The notes under the pieces: model-generated
Databases searched by the model: none
Told to the model about the DNA's origin: nothing
What the model saw: only the letters and a program-made list of their open reading frames with translations
Shown: piece by piece, positions 1 through 12,929 of the stretch
How positions within the stretch are numbered: the stretch's first letter is position 1
Layout of the letters: each line of letters opens with the position of its first letter
Translations under genes and position numbers: made by a program
Source of the DNA: Octopus vulgaris
Lineage: Eukaryota
Assembly (NCBI GenBank): GCA_951406725.2
Contig: OX597814.1
Location: 202,988,001-203,052,000 of the forward strand
Length of the DNA: 64,000 nt
Direction of reading: 5' to 3'

Positions 1-24
1 ATTGGTTGTGGGGTTGGGTCTTTC

Positions 25-420
25 TTTGATGAGAGAGAAAGTGAGAGAGATGGCGAAAGATGGAGATATGAAGTGGAAGAGAGAGAAATGAGAGAGGGAA
101 GAGACAGAGTGCACAAGTGATGGAGGAGGAGAATAGAGGTAGTGAGAGAGAGAAAGAGAGGGAGATGAAGGGTGAGAGACAGGGAGAGATATGAAGTAGA
201 GGAGAAAGAGAGAAACGAAGCAGGCAGAGATAGAAAGCATAAGGGATGAAGGACGAACGATAGAGAAAAAAGTAGAGAAGGGAAAGAGAGAGAGAGAAGG
301 AGAGATATAAAGAGTGAAAGACAGAGAAAGCATAAGTGGTGAAGGGGAAGGGATAGAGAGAGAGAGCAGAAAGAGATGAAAGAGGAGAGATAGAGGTAAA
401 TTGCTAGAAAAGATGAAAGT
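25..420 (+). repeat. Purine-rich (GA)-type low-complexity tract
   Basis: Almost exclusively G/A (gagagagaaagtgagagaga...) over ~400 bp. Confidence 0.85.
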
Positions 421-699
421 AGTATGTTCACTAATAATTCATCTCTTGGAAACCATAGACAGACATCATTCTGAATCAAATGAGTGAGCTTCTTTTTTCT
501 TTTTTTTACTTTCCCTTTCGTTTTTTTTTTCTTCTTCTACAGAATTAAACGAAATGTTGGAATCTTTATGATATTTAATAAACAATCCCCCACAAATCAA
601 TGTATTCAAAACAAAAGCACATGTGCAACTGAAGAACTGTCGTTGATAAATAGATTCTAAAAACAACATAAGTAGAAAGATAGGAGATAATAACAGATG

Positions 700-913
700 G
701 TGTTAGGAGGAGACTAACGACTACGTTAAGATCAACTCAAGAGCACTTTGCTTTTAAGTGCAGTTCTTTATCTCACAATGATCTCGTAAACTGATTTTTG
801 TTTTAATTGTGTTTAACATACGCAGTTTGATAGAGAACTTGTTTGTGGTAACTTATGAAACAAGCTTTGTGTATTATTTATAAGACTTATTGAGGAAACC
901 AGTCAACAATTGG
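700..913 (+). other. Possible upstream non-coding exon ending at a donor site (5' boundary unknown)
   Basis: TGG|GTAAGA donor-like site at 914 ends a stretch of non-repetitive sequence downstream of the GA tract. No independent support. Confidence 0.25.
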
Positions 914-1040
914 GTAAGAATGTTTGTTGTTTTGTTATTAGAGTAATTTATTGCAACATATGTATTTGGGTGTATACATGTGTGGGTATATAACACAGAC
1001 ATAAATAGATCATACGTACATCATTATCATCATCATTTAA

Positions 1041-1255
1041 CCTTTTAGCATTAAGATTACTCTTTCAAATGCTTATTTATTCACATTGTTTTGAATTAAT
1101 TATAAATTAATTTGTAGCTTCAAGTGTTTGATGATATGATTGTTTAGTTTTAGAATGACATTGTAGGGTAGGTGTGCGGAAACAGATTTGGCCAGTTTGA
1201 ACATTGATGGGTAGAATATTTGGGGCTGGATATGACTGGTTTAGATGCTAAAGAG
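1041..1255. mobile_element. piggyBac-like MITE inserted in an RTE 3' tail
   Basis: TTAA at 1037-1040 and 1256-1259; ends CCTTTTAGCAT...ATGCTAAAGAG; same family, opposite orientation, as 57543-57763; splits catcatttaa|c... of the RTE tail. Confidence 0.75.
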
Positions 1256-1259
1256 TTAA

Positions 1260-1900
1260 CCTCTGTCTTCCATACTGGCATGGGTTGGATGGTTTGACAG
1301 AACTGGTAAACCAGAAGACTGCACCCAAGCTCTACTGTCTGCTTTGGCATGGTTTCTACAGCTGGATGCCCTCTCTAATGCCAACCACTTTACAGTGTGT
1401 AATGGGTACCATTTATGTGGCACCAGCACTGACAGGGTTACCAGGTGCATTGCAAGACAAAGATCTCAACTGAGAGTGGAAGTGGTATTGAGTGGGCTGG
1501 TTTTGTTCCAGGTGATAAGAGGTTAAACTACAATAAACTACAATAAAGGGACAGAAACAGGTGTCAGAGGGAGAGAGACCGAGAACAAGTAGGACAGATT
1601 TTGGCAATGAATGCCAGGGTGTGTCCTCAAGGTGCAAGGGAGGTCAGTGTTAGTGGAGAGGTAAAGGATTGCAAAGAGTGTGTGAGCAGGGAGTCCACAA
1701 GTATGCAAAAGGAAGTGGGGGGCGTTTGACTGCAGGAATGGTGGGGGAGAGACAAGCATGGTACAGGAAGAAGTTATGTAGTTTGGTTCATTGGGTCAGT
1801 GGGGTAGGGGGTGGGGTGAATTAATGGCAGTTCCAGAACTCAGTTTCACTTGGGTAGGCATATCGTGACTTGCAACAATTAAACTTGTGCTTACTGATCT
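1260..1900 (-). mobile_element. Old RTE-tail element with a G-rich internal segment
   Basis: catgggttggatgg...ctacagctggatgccc...gccaaccact RTE-tail motifs followed by diverged purine-rich sequence; similar layout at 32665-33600. Confidence 0.5.
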
Positions 1901-1924
1901 TGGAATGGGGGCTTCACTATAAGT

Positions 1925-2105
1925 GCAAGGCCTGAAATTTGTGAGAGGGGATTAGTCGATTACTTTGACCCCAGTGCTTCATTGGGAATTTTCTTTTATC
2001 AACACCAAAAGGATAAAGGGCAAGGTTGACCTCAGTAAAATTTGAACTCAGAACATTAAAAAAATGTACAAAGCATGCTATCAGTTCTGCCAGTTCACCA
2101 TCTTA

Positions 2106-2146
<41 letters not shown>

Positions 2147-2345
2147 TGATGATGGTTTCACATTTTGGCACAAGGCCAATAATTTTGTAGGAGGAGTAAA
2201 TAAATTGATTACTTATTTTATCAACCCCGAAAGAATGAAAGGCAAAGCTGACCATAGCAGAATTTGAACACAAGAACATAAGGACAGACGAAGTGCCACT
2301 AAGCATTTTGCCCAACGTGCAAACAATTCTGCCAGCTCACTGCTT
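1925..2345 (-). mobile_element. Two Nin-domain SINE copies separated by (AAT)n
   Basis: Reverse complement of gcctttcatcctttcggggtcgataaaataagtacc core in both copies. Confidence 0.7.
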
Positions 2346-3565
2346 TAATAATAATAATAATAATAATAATCTTCACTAGTGATAGGGGCTCATAGAGACA
2401 CAGAAAATGCAAAGCACCGTTAACTCAAGTGTTTACAAATGAAAATATGTGCAGAAGAGAGAAATAAGTTAGACAAAGATAAAAGTAACAGTGAAAAAAA
2501 GTGCTACAAAATACACAATAATTAAAATAAAATATAATTAAAAGAAAATAAACATGAAAAATTACTTGCTGGGTCAGATTAGTAGAAACCATTACATCAC
2601 TGCCTACTTACCATTGTTTGTATTGTCTTGAGTACACAAAAATATTGGTTAACATTTTTTAAAAATCTGTTAATCTAAAAAAAAAAAAAAAAGAACACCA
2701 ACGTTTTTTTAGTAGGACTGTTTTAGTTTGTTATGGTACCTTATCATTTATAAACAATGTTTTGCATTTCCTTTATTCCAAACCTAACTGCACCTGTGTT
2801 ATTTTTACTCCATCACAATATTCATGCTGCCACAGATGTGTGGTTTTTATCTATAAGTTATCAGTTTTGTTTTCAAAGGACAGTGAATATTCATTCTTTG
2901 TTCATCCTCGTCTTTGTTTTTCTGTTTCTGAGAAGGGACATATTCATTGTTTTGTGGAAGTTGTTCCTCCTTTAATTGTTTTATGTAAGCTTTATTTATT
3001 TTTGTTCAGATTTTTTTTTTCTTTTTTACCTCTTTGTTCTTGAACTGTTTCCTGAGCAACCATTATTTCTCCTTCATCACATGAAGATGAAGTGTTAGTA
3101 CTGATTGCTATTGTTAAGGCACCAGGTGTTCACTTGCTTACCTGTGAGATTGGTCACAAAGCAATATCTTCTGCCATTCCCAGAGTTTTAACTGATGGTG
3201 CTCTGCAAACTGGAGTTTGTTGTTCCTTTTGCTTTTGTTTCTCATTTTCTTGCCTGGTTTTTCTAATTCTTCAGGCTGAATGGATCTGAAATGGTTCTTA
3301 CTGTGACAAATCTACCTACTATGCTTTCTGCCTTGCATCATCAATTTCATGACCTTTGTCTTGACACTCTCAACTTTTGCCCAATTTTGGTATGCTCTTC
3401 AACACCCTCTTACCATGTCACCTCGCCCACAATTCCTTACTCCTGTTAATTTACAGACAAGAAAACTAAACATCACCAATATCATATCATCAGTCACAAA
3501 AAGCCTGCAATGGTCAGGGGCCATGGTCCTACTCCCTGTCTAAATCATTAAAAAGTAAGAAGTAC

Positions 3566-3990
3566 AATCATCAGCATCATCATTTAACGTCCATTTTCCA
3601 TGTTGGCATGGGTTGGATGGTTTGATTGAGGTCTGGCAAGCCAGGGGGCTGAACCAGGCTCCAATCTGATCTGGCAAAGTTTCTACAGCTGGATGCCCTT
3701 CCTAATGCCAGCCACTCCGAGAATGTAGTGAGTGCTTTTTACTTGCCACCTGCACAGGAGCCAGTCAGGTGGGCCTGGCATCTATTATGTTTGGATAGTG
3801 CTTTTTACGTGCCACCAGCATGGGAGCCAGTCAGGGGGTACTGACATCAACCACATTCGGAGAGTGCTTTTTATGTGCCACCAGCACAGGGGCCATTCAG
3901 GCTGTCCTGGCATCAATCACATTCAGATAGTGCTTTTTACATGCCACCGGCATGAGAGCCAGTCAGACGGATCTGGCATCAACCAGAAAG
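3566..3990 (-). mobile_element. RTE LINE 3' UTR/tail with ~60-bp internal tandem repeats
   Basis: (CAT)n-TTAACGTCC...CTGGATGCCCTTCCTAATGCC followed by 4 copies of gtgctttttacgtgccaccagca. Confidence 0.8.
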
Positions 3991-4820
3991 ATATATGGAA
4001 GCTTTTGTGTAAAATTAGAGTAAGACATCTAAATCAAATGTAATATGGTTTGAATCCCCAAAATATCAAATTGCATGTTCTTTGTTAAAAAGTAATTCTG
4101 AAAATGGTATCATGGCTACTAAACTCTGGCTATAAAATATATAAGATTTTGTATAATTTATTTAACATTTATATACTGTAGAAAGCTACAACACTGCAGT
4201 ATTCTTCTTGAGAAAGCATTTTGTATAGACATATAGTATTAAAAGAAACAGAAGTACATATGTAGCAGATGAAAAGTATCCAGCAGCAGTAGTGGAATTG
4301 CTAAAGCCAGATTTCTGCATATTTGTGTCTCATCAGTAGAAGACATCCACTAGCAACAGCATGCTTAGACAACTTTAGCTACTATTGATGGAGAAAGTCA
4401 CTGGTGTCACAATTAGCCAGTAGGTTTGAAAAAAATTTGTTATTAACAAGGGAAGCAGCAACAGTTCTTCACCCTTTTTGTTTTTTACTATTGCTGCCTC
4501 CCTTTTTTTACTAACACTTTTTCAGTGCCTCCCTGCTGTTGGTTCAACAAAATTAAATACACCACAAATGCACCACATGTACATATTCAGCTATATATGC
4601 ACACACAAGTTTCAGTCATTTGACTGTGGCTATGCTGGAGTACCACCTTTAGTCGAACAAATCGACGCCAGGACTTATTCTTTGTAAACCTAGTACTTAT
4701 TCTATCAGTCCCTTTTGCCAAACCAAGTAACAGGGACATAAACACACCAGCATCAATTGTCAAGTGATGGTGTGGAGACAAACACAGACACACAAATACA
4801 TACATACATATATATATATA

Positions 4821-5020
4821 ACGGGAAGCTTTATGAAAATAAACAAAAGACGAAGGCAGGTGGAATACAAACAAACAATTGTATTAGTATGGTGCTCAGG
4901 AATATAAATAAAACAAGTCTTTTATGTTTCGAGCCTACGCTCTTCAACAGAAAGATACACAGAAAAGAAACACGGAGAGAAACAAGGAGAGAAAAAAAAT
5001 GCGTGCAGAAGCTAGCGAAT

Positions 5021-5024
<4 letters not shown>
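4821..5024 (-). mobile_element. Penelope-like terminal-repeat fragment inserted in (TA)n
   Basis: Flanked by (TA)n on both sides; carries a minimal hammerhead-like motif at 4918-4955. Confidence 0.6.
4918..4955 (-). ncRNA. Minimal type I hammerhead ribozyme-like motif (variant core)
   Basis: Minus strand TCTTT-CTGTTGA-A-GAGC-GTAG-GCTC-GAAA-CA-TA-AAAGA: stem I TCTTT/AAAGA, stem II GAGC/GCTC, loop-less stem III. Confidence 0.55.
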
Positions 5025-5096
<72 letters not shown>

Positions 5097-6234
5097 GACA
5101 GTCTTATTTCAGTTTCCATCTACCAAATCCACTAACAAGGCTTTGGTTAGCCCAAAGCTATAGTAGAAGACACTTACCCAAGGTGCCTGACTAAGGTACC
5201 ACACATTGGAACTGAACCTGAAACCATGCAGTTAGCAAGTGAACTTCTTAACCATACAGCCATGCCTGCACCATACCTGTCTTTCACAAAATTAGTACCA
5301 CAAAAACTATACTTTTACGAAACTAGTACCATCGGCATTGTATACCGTTAATATCACAAATGGTTGTTACAGATTACTTGTATTGATGCTGTCCTTCAGC
5401 AAAATTAAGGAAACAAATTCTTGCTATTGCAAAATCAATTTTGTAAAATAATTTAGTTGTTTGTCAGCATAAACTTTGTGTTTGATCTCTAAAGAGGGAA
5501 CGTTTCCTTATAACACAATAAAAACTTGATATCTCATTTCAAGATATTTGCCTAAAGAACATAATCAATTTTCATGATAATTTATTTTTTCCTGAACTTC
5601 ATTTCTTAAACATTTATTCTCTCAAACTGGCAGAATCAGTAGCGTGTCAAAAAAATTTGTTCTGGTTCTTTAAGTGCCAAGTTCAAATCACACCAAGGTC
5701 ATATTTACCCTTCATTCTTTTAGGGTTGATAAAGTAAAGTTTCTGTTAAGTATTAGGGTCTGTGGTATCACTTTACCCTTCCCCTCAAAATTACTGGCCT
5801 TCTACCTAATTCATAAACCTTTATATTTAAGGATTTGATGATGGCGATTATTTATTTCACACCTCTTCATCCCTTCCTTGATGCCCTGCTGCCAGTTTTG
5901 GTCTTCATCACAGACCCTGAGTCATAAAAGTTTCATTAGCTGCTCCTGTCTAGATTGTAATTGGCTGTAATTTTGTGGTTGAAAAATAAATGAACTCTCT
6001 TCCATATGACTCATTAACTGATTATGATTGATCGTTTGTTGTTTCTCAATTAGTGTCTAGGTTGTTCATTAGGAAAAGTTTATAAGAAATGTTTTGCTGT
6101 TGTTGTTATTTAGCCCCAGGTCAATTCTGATCAAGCACATCTATAATCAAAGACTTCTATCCATGACTCTCCAATCTTATTTTTCAGACATAGTTTTGGG
6201 AACTATTTCTAACAAGTCAGGCAACCACATAGAG

Positions 6235-6431
6235 CAATGGTTCTTAATCACAGATCCCAGGGCAACATATTTCCTTTAACCATGCTTCCAATGGCCCTTG
6301 ATGGCCTTCCCTTCATAAATACAATAATTTTTTTCTTTAATTGACTTGTGTTTTACTTTTTTTGATGCAGCCCCCTAAAAATATTCAGGTTTTGGATCCA
6401 GCCCAGGTATTAAAAGGGTAGAGAACCACTG
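6235..6431. mobile_element. hAT (Charlie-like) MITE
   Basis: Ends CAATGGTTCT...AGAACCACTG; degenerate 8-bp TSD acatagag/gaatagag; second copy at 33633-33804. Confidence 0.65.
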
Positions 6432-7086
6432 GAATAGAGGTTTTCAAATTGGCTTCCAGGTATGGGTTAGAAAGGTATATTTATCTCTCCACCCTGAAGA
6501 TGGAGGCTGGATTTATCCCATGTTTATATGCTTCCACTACTGGTTGCATATTTTTGTGAACTACATCTGCCAACATTATGAAGTAACTCTGAGCCCCCAG
6601 AAACAGCTGTCAGACTTGTAACATCATACTGTCTCCCCTTTATGTTTCTGTGTTTTTGTACTCTAAGTTTGTTTTGTTATTATATGAATATTCATCGTCT
6701 GAAAATTGTAAATGTCTGCTTTCTCTCTGTTTATATGCATACATTTATGTATATTTTCTATATCTAACCCAAGTAGTTTCATTCATATATTTGCATCACT
6801 ATCTCCATACCTGCACACCTGGATTCCTCTTATAGCCACTCTTTACTCAATAAAGACGCACACACATGCACTAATTAACCAGCTAGTTGAGTAATAATAA
6901 AAGAAGTGAAAGAGAACCAGTGTGTGTGTATTATTAGCATAATAACCCTCCCAGTTTCACATCAAGAATTTTCCAAACCAAATACAAAAATTAAATAGTA
7001 ATTAAAAATATCTAATTTATTGTATTTTAGCTAAAATTTTGTATTGATAACCTCATTATTTTATATTTGTTTTTTCTTTATTGTAG

Positions 7087-7285
7087 ATGCATTTTATCCC
7101 AACAACAATCTAAAGAATTTAAAGGAAGAAGTAAACTGATTGGGTACCTCCATGCAACTTGCACATACCAGCTATCTAACCTCAGTCCTTAACTGTGGTG
7201 ATATATAAGACAAACATCAAGATGCCGTCTTTAAATTTACAGTATCCAAGCTGGTCATATATTACTTTATAAACAGTGGACCAAG
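7087..7285 (+). other. Probable non-coding (5' UTR) exon of the host gene
   Basis: Long T-rich tract then ttgtAG acceptor (7085-7086); consensus donor AAG|GTAAGT at 7286; unique sequence; stops in all three frames. Confidence 0.65.
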
Positions 7286-7404
7286 GTAAGTTCTTTTATA
7301 CAATTTGGGTTTTTTTTCTATCTTTTACACACACATACACACATACTACGCATTCACATACATTCATGCACTGATGAATTAGTGTCTCAAATGGGATAGC
7401 ATAA

Positions 7405-8130
7405 ACAGTTAACCTTGCTTCCTAACCACATGGTTCCGGGTTCAGTCCCACTGTGTGACACCTTGAGCAAGTGTCTTTTCTTAAGCCTCAGGCCAACCGC
7501 AGCCTTGTGAGTGGATTAAGGAGGCAAAAACTAACTGAAACCCATCATATATATCTATTTCTTTAGTGCCCACAGGGTGCTTTTTATGTGCCACCAGCAC
7601 AGGTGCCATTTACATGACACCTGTAATGGCCACGACTACAGTTCTGCTTGGTTTTGATGAGTCTTCTCAAACACAGCATATTGCCAAGGTCTCGGTCCTT
7701 GTCATCACCTCTGTGAGGCTCAACATTCAAAGATCATGCTTCATCACCTTGTCTCTGACCTCCGTGGGGCCCAACACTCAAAGATCATGCTACCATCAAT
7801 ATCCACAATTACAATTTCACGGGTGTCATTTACATGGCACCAACAACAGCCATGACTGTGATTTCACTTGCATTGACAACTCGTGTGTGAGTGTGTCTAT
7901 TTGTCTATGTTTGTCGCCCTCCCCCATTATTTGTTGCCCCATTACTGCTTGACAAACTGTGTTGGAATGTTTATGTCCCTGTAAATTAGCAGTTCAGCAA
8001 ACGAGACTGATAGAATAAGTACTAGGCTTAAGAAATAAGTCCTAGGGTTGATTTGTTCGACTAAAAATAAACTCTTCAAGGCAGTGATCCAGCATGGCCA
8101 CAGTCAAATGACTGAGACAAATAAAATAAT
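7405..8130 (+). mobile_element. Family A SINE with a nested minus-strand RTE fragment (~7566-7880)
   Basis: Head ggttccgggttcagtccc, tail ccagcatggccacagtcaaatgactgag; insert on the minus strand encodes a degenerate VMKHDL*MLSLTE RTE C-terminus. Confidence 0.75.
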
Positions 8131-8176
8131 TAAAGAATTAAGGAATGAATATCCTCCAATTTGCTTTTGGTCTTAT

Positions 8177-8478
8177 ATCATCATCATCATCATCGTTTAA
8201 CATCCGCCTTCCATGCTAGCATGGGTTGGACGATTTGACTGAGGGCTGGCGAACCAGATGGCTGCACCAGGCTCCAATCTTAATCTGGCAGAGTTTCTAC
8301 AGCCAGATGCCCTTCCTAACGCCAACCACTCTGAGAGTGTAGTGGGTGCTTTTACGTGCCACCAGCACGAGGGCCAGTCAGGCGGCACTGACAACGACCT
8401 CGCTCGAATCTTTTACACATGCCACCAGCACAGGTGCCAGTAAGGCGATGCTGGTAACGATCACACTCGAATGGTGTC
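8177..8478 (-). mobile_element. RTE LINE 3' UTR/tail
   Basis: (CAT)n-CGTTTAAC...CCATGCTAGCATGGGTTGGACG...GCCCTTCCTAACGCCAACCACTC. Confidence 0.8.
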
Positions 8479-8563
8479 TATATACACTTGAATAATTTAC
8501 AGTCGAGTACCAGGCCACTTGGTAGGTCAGTTCCTTACTTCCTTACCAGTAATACTAAAATAT

Positions 8564-8856
8564 CACGTGATCACATGACCGACCAGACCATCAGATGTTG
8601 TTACACATCGCTGGTCACAATGCGTTCGCATTGTTTTAGCCTTCGAATGACACCACCCCACTGGCTAAGCGAGTAGGCCAATAGAAGAAAGAGTGGTGAA
8701 AGAGTACAGCAGGGATCACCACCCCCTGCCGGAGCCTCATGGAGCTTTTAAGTGTTTTCGCTCAATAAACACTCACAACGCCCGGTCTGCGAATCGAAAC
8801 CGCGATCCTGCGACCGCGATTCCGCTGCCCTAACCACTAGGCCATTGCGCCTCCAC
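8564..8856 (-). mobile_element. Full-length tRNA-derived SINE with 13-bp TSD
   Basis: Minus-strand head GTGGAGGCGCAATGGCCTAGTGGTTAGGG (A box)...GGTTTCGATTC (B box); TSD aatactaaaatat at 8551-8563 and 8857-8869. Confidence 0.9.
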
Positions 8857-9169
8857 AATACTAAAATATATTCAGTAAAATTACTTAACAGTGTCTAAAT
8901 AAGATTTTTTAATTTATGCTCAACGGTATTTATTAAAATACATTTCTAAAAACATTAAGTATTATGATATATTTCAGTACTTATTTAGAAGTAATTAAGC
9001 ATAAAAGTCATTTTTTTTTATTATTATTTTTACCTGTCTTGTATAATAATTCTCATATCTTATTGCTTTTTTGGAATTACCATTTTTGTTGCTTTGCATT
9101 CCTGACAATTAGCTCTCCAATAAAATATTTTGCATGGCTTATTATTGTTCATTAATTTCAATGTCTTCA

Positions 9170-9361
9170 GTCTATGTGTGTGTGTGTGTGTAATATACAT
9201 ATATGTATATATATTTATATGTGTGTGTGTGTATAGATATATATATATGTGTGTGTGTGTGTATATATATGTGTGTGTGTGTGTGTGCATGTGTGTCTGT
9301 GTGTATATATATATATATGTATGTGTGTATATATATATGTGTGTGTGTGTCTATATATATA

Positions 9362-9392
<31 letters not shown>

Positions 9393-9430
9393 GTATGTGT
9401 GTATATATATGTGTGTGTGTTTTATATATA
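9170..9430. repeat. Compound (TG)n/(TA)n microsatellite
   Basis: Direct inspection. Confidence 0.95.
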
Positions 9431-10169
9431 ACATTAAAATAATTATTTTTGACAGTCATTTTTTAATTTTTTATCTATTTTTATTATTTTTTTGAGATAT
9501 GGTTATGAGGATAAATTTTATATTTGTCTTTGATTACAAAAATTATTTTTTTAAATTAGCTAGATTTGTAATTTGAAAGCTCTAATGGTAGTTAAAATAT
9601 TTGATAAATGTTTTACTGATAGAATAATGTTGAAGTGGTGGGGGAGAGATTTGGTTTCAGTTGTTAGATTTAGAAAACAACTTTCGGTTTTTTTGTTGAA
9701 TCTTATTTTCCTCAGAAGATTACTTCTGTAATTTTGTCTTTCATTGGGATGAATCCAATATTTATTTAAACTGAGATATAATTACAAATAATTTTAATAT
9801 TTTCCAAATGATTCAAAAGTATAACAGTATGTATGTGCAGGTGTGGTTGTACGATAAGAAGCTTGTTTCCTAACCACATGGTTCTGGGTTCAGTCCCACT
9901 GTGTGGCAAGTGTCTTCTAATATAGCCCCAAGTCAAACAAAACCTTGTGAATAGATTTGGTAGACAGAGACTGAAAGAAACCCATCATATATATAGTTCA
10001 AGCTTCAAGCAATCCATAGTAATTATATAAAACAACTTTCAGGAACAACAGTGGTTTATTGAGACAGAAGGTTGTGGATTTTTTTCTTATCGAAGTTCAA
10101 TAAATTGACAAAGGATCTTTTTATATTTCACAGTAGGTGACCAAGGTTGCCAGGTGTGCAAATAACAAT

Positions 10170-10376
10170 ACAAAAGTTAAGGAATGGTGTAAATAAGATC
10201 CAGGCTACATATATTTCATAGCAAGCGGAACCTCAGAAGTGGTAAATTAAGATATCCTTGGCCTGAAGAGTAGCCTGTAGCATACACTTCACCTGGATAT
10301 TTACCAGTTCCAAAGTTCCACTTACTATGAAACATATGTTACCTGCATCTTATCTACTCCATTCCTTAACTCTTGT
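10170..10376. mobile_element. Penelope-like inverted terminal structure with a degenerate hammerhead
   Basis: Arms 10170-10247 and 10299-10376 are inverted copies; CTGAAGA at 10263, GAAA at 10329; homologous copy at ~13425-13545. Confidence 0.55.
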
Positions 10377-10377
10377 T

Positions 10378-10408
<31 letters not shown>

Positions 10409-10859
10409 CATTGCAATCCGGTAGCCCCTCCAGCTCTATATATACCCAGGTCTTTCACCACTTACTCGCACTCCCTTTGCAATATCCTGTCACTTATATT
10501 ATAGCATTTGAACCTCAAAGGTATGCCCTGGTACTTGCCATCATCTATATCTCTCTCTTCCTTTACTCAATAATCTCATATATATTCTGATCTCCATTCT
10601 TTGTGAGTATGCATGGCATTTTGGCACCATCTCTATCCTGCTGTCTCCCACTCTCTCTCTCTCTCCTTCTCCTACACTTATCTCAGGTTGGGCAACTGTG
10701 TATTTTCTTTGCAGTAGAACACCTATTTCTGTCTTCATTCCTGATCTTTCTCCCTCTGACCAGGTAACTTGTACTTCTTCAGCAAGACACCTGTATCTGT
10801 CTCACTATAACCTTTTCCTCATCACCTCCTCCAGTGCCCCCTCCCTTCTTAAAAGTTTT

Positions 10860-11372
10860 TGTCTTGGTGACCCTGTAAGTACTTGATGATCCTTCAGTGC
10901 AGGTACCACTTAAAAAGCACCCAGTCCACACTGTAAAGTGGTTGGTGTTCAGAAGGGCATCCAGCTGTAAAACCTTGCCAAAACTGACCTCGTCTGTGCT
11001 TATGCCATGTAAAACGCCCTAAGTCCACTCTGCTGAGTGGTTGGCATTCAGAAGGGCATCCAGCTGTAAAAATCCTGCAAAACAGTTACAGAAGTCTGGT
11101 GCAGGCTTCAGCCTGGCCAGCTCTTGTTGTACTATTTCTCCCATGCTAGCATGGAACATGGACGTTAAATGATGATTATGATGAGGATGATATCTATACT
11201 CTCAAAATAGTTGGTGTTAAGAAGAGCATCCAGCCATAGAAACCATGCCAAATGAGACTGGTGTCTGGTACAGCCTTCCAGCGTGCCAGCCCTAATCAAA
11301 CTGTCCAACCCATGCCAGCATGGACAACAGACATTAAACGATGATGTTGTTGATAATGATGATGATGATGAT
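10860..11372 (+). mobile_element. Two adjacent RTE 3' tails
   Basis: GTGGTTGG...GAAGGGCATCCAGCTGTA...CCATGCTAGCATGG...GACGTTAAA-(GAT)n motifs repeated. Confidence 0.75.
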
Positions 11373-12094
11373 CATCATCATCATCATCATGTGTGTGTCT
11401 TTTTGTCTATATATGTTTCCCACCATTGCTTGACAAGTAGCGTTGGTGTGTTTATGTCCCTATAACTTAGCATTTTGGTAAAACAGACTGATATAATTTA
11501 GTACCAGGCTTTAAAATATAGTACTGGAGTCAATTCATTCGACTAAAATTTCTTCATGGTGGTAAGCTAGCATGGCCACAGTCTAATGATGGAAACAAGT
11601 AAAAGATACAAATTTCAGCATATTGGAAATATTACAAATCAAACAAACTATTTCAGTACATTTTTGTGTAATTTAACTTCATTTCGTTTGGTTGGTTTCT
11701 GGATTTCAAAAGCCCAGTAAAACATTTAGAATTTTATTTTGTTAAGTTATCTGCGAGGTCAGCTAATCTAAAATATCTTGAGCGAATGTCTTGTTGTTGA
11801 CGTCTGACTTTATTTAACATCAACTGAGGAAATTCTAAGGTTAGTTGTAACTAATAAAATAAGTTTGCAATGATAACACAAATTGCATTTTTTTTAAATG
11901 ACATTCTATGGATGTGTTTCAGTCTAGTTTTCGCAATAAATGATGTTTGCTCTCAGTCTTTCCATTGCTTTAATAATGTAAAAGAAGAGATTTCTCAATC
12001 TGCTGAATGCCAGGATGTGTGTGTGTGTGTGTGTGTGTTGATTCTTTTATTAATATTGTTCAAATGCAAAATTAAATCAATATACAGGAGAGGT

Positions 12095-12310
12095 CTGAGG
12101 TGGCAAACTGGCAGAATCGTTAGTACACTATGCAAAATGCTTAGTGGTATTTTGTCTGTCTATATTCTGAGTTCAATTCCCACTAAGGGTGACTTCGTCT
12201 TTTATCCTTTTGGAGTCAATAAAATAAGTACCAGTTGTGTTCTGGGGTCAATGTAATCAACTTATCCCCTTCCCCAAAATTGCTGGCCTTGTGCCAAAAT
12301 TTGAAACAAA
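12095..12310 (+). mobile_element. Nin-domain SINE
   Basis: ctggcagaatcgttag...ttctgagttcaattcc...ttatccttttggagtcaataaaataagtaccag. Confidence 0.75.
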
Positions 12311-12929
12311 TATATAGTAGAGGTTTAGACTAGTAAACTTAGGTATTGCAGAGAAACCAGTCCAAATAGCTACTTCAGAACTGATATGACTTCAATCTTT
12401 CCCAGGTATTTAAAGATAAAAATATTAAGATTTCCCTGAACCAAACCATTCTAAATCTAAAGTCTTACATACTCTAAGAAATGAAAGGTTCTTTGTTTCA
12501 ATAAAATTGTAATCAAGACTCTTACAGTTTTATATGGCTTCTGTCATCACCAATCAAATCACTTTTAGTGGGGGAAACCTCTCTGCTTGACATAGCAGCT
12601 AAATCAGCTAAATCTCAGCCCACACTAAATGAAGTGCACATTGGATAATGTAGCCATGAACATACAGAAAGACGGGATGGTCAAGGCTGGAACGTCTTTA
12701 ATCAATCTTAACTTGGAGCTAACAACAACAGCAAACATTGAACAATTCTGTAATTAAGAAACTCACTTTTAAAGCCATTTGCTTTTCAAAATAAGCCTCT
12801 TCACCACATTGCCATGCCTACACCTCTTGTTGACTAATAAATGTGAAAATTGAATAAATCTATGGAATAATGTTAAAGAATTAATGATATATTCCCTCAA
12901 CGTTTTTTGCTTCTTTTTATATATTTATA

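Larger units (their letters stand above)
4608..5270 (-). mobile_element. tRNA-derived SINE (dominant family A) interrupted by a Penelope-like fragment
   Basis: Tail tttcagtcatttgactgtggc, body acttattctttgtaa...aaacacaccagcatc, head ...ccaaggtgcc...actgaacctgaaaccatg. Confidence 0.85.
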
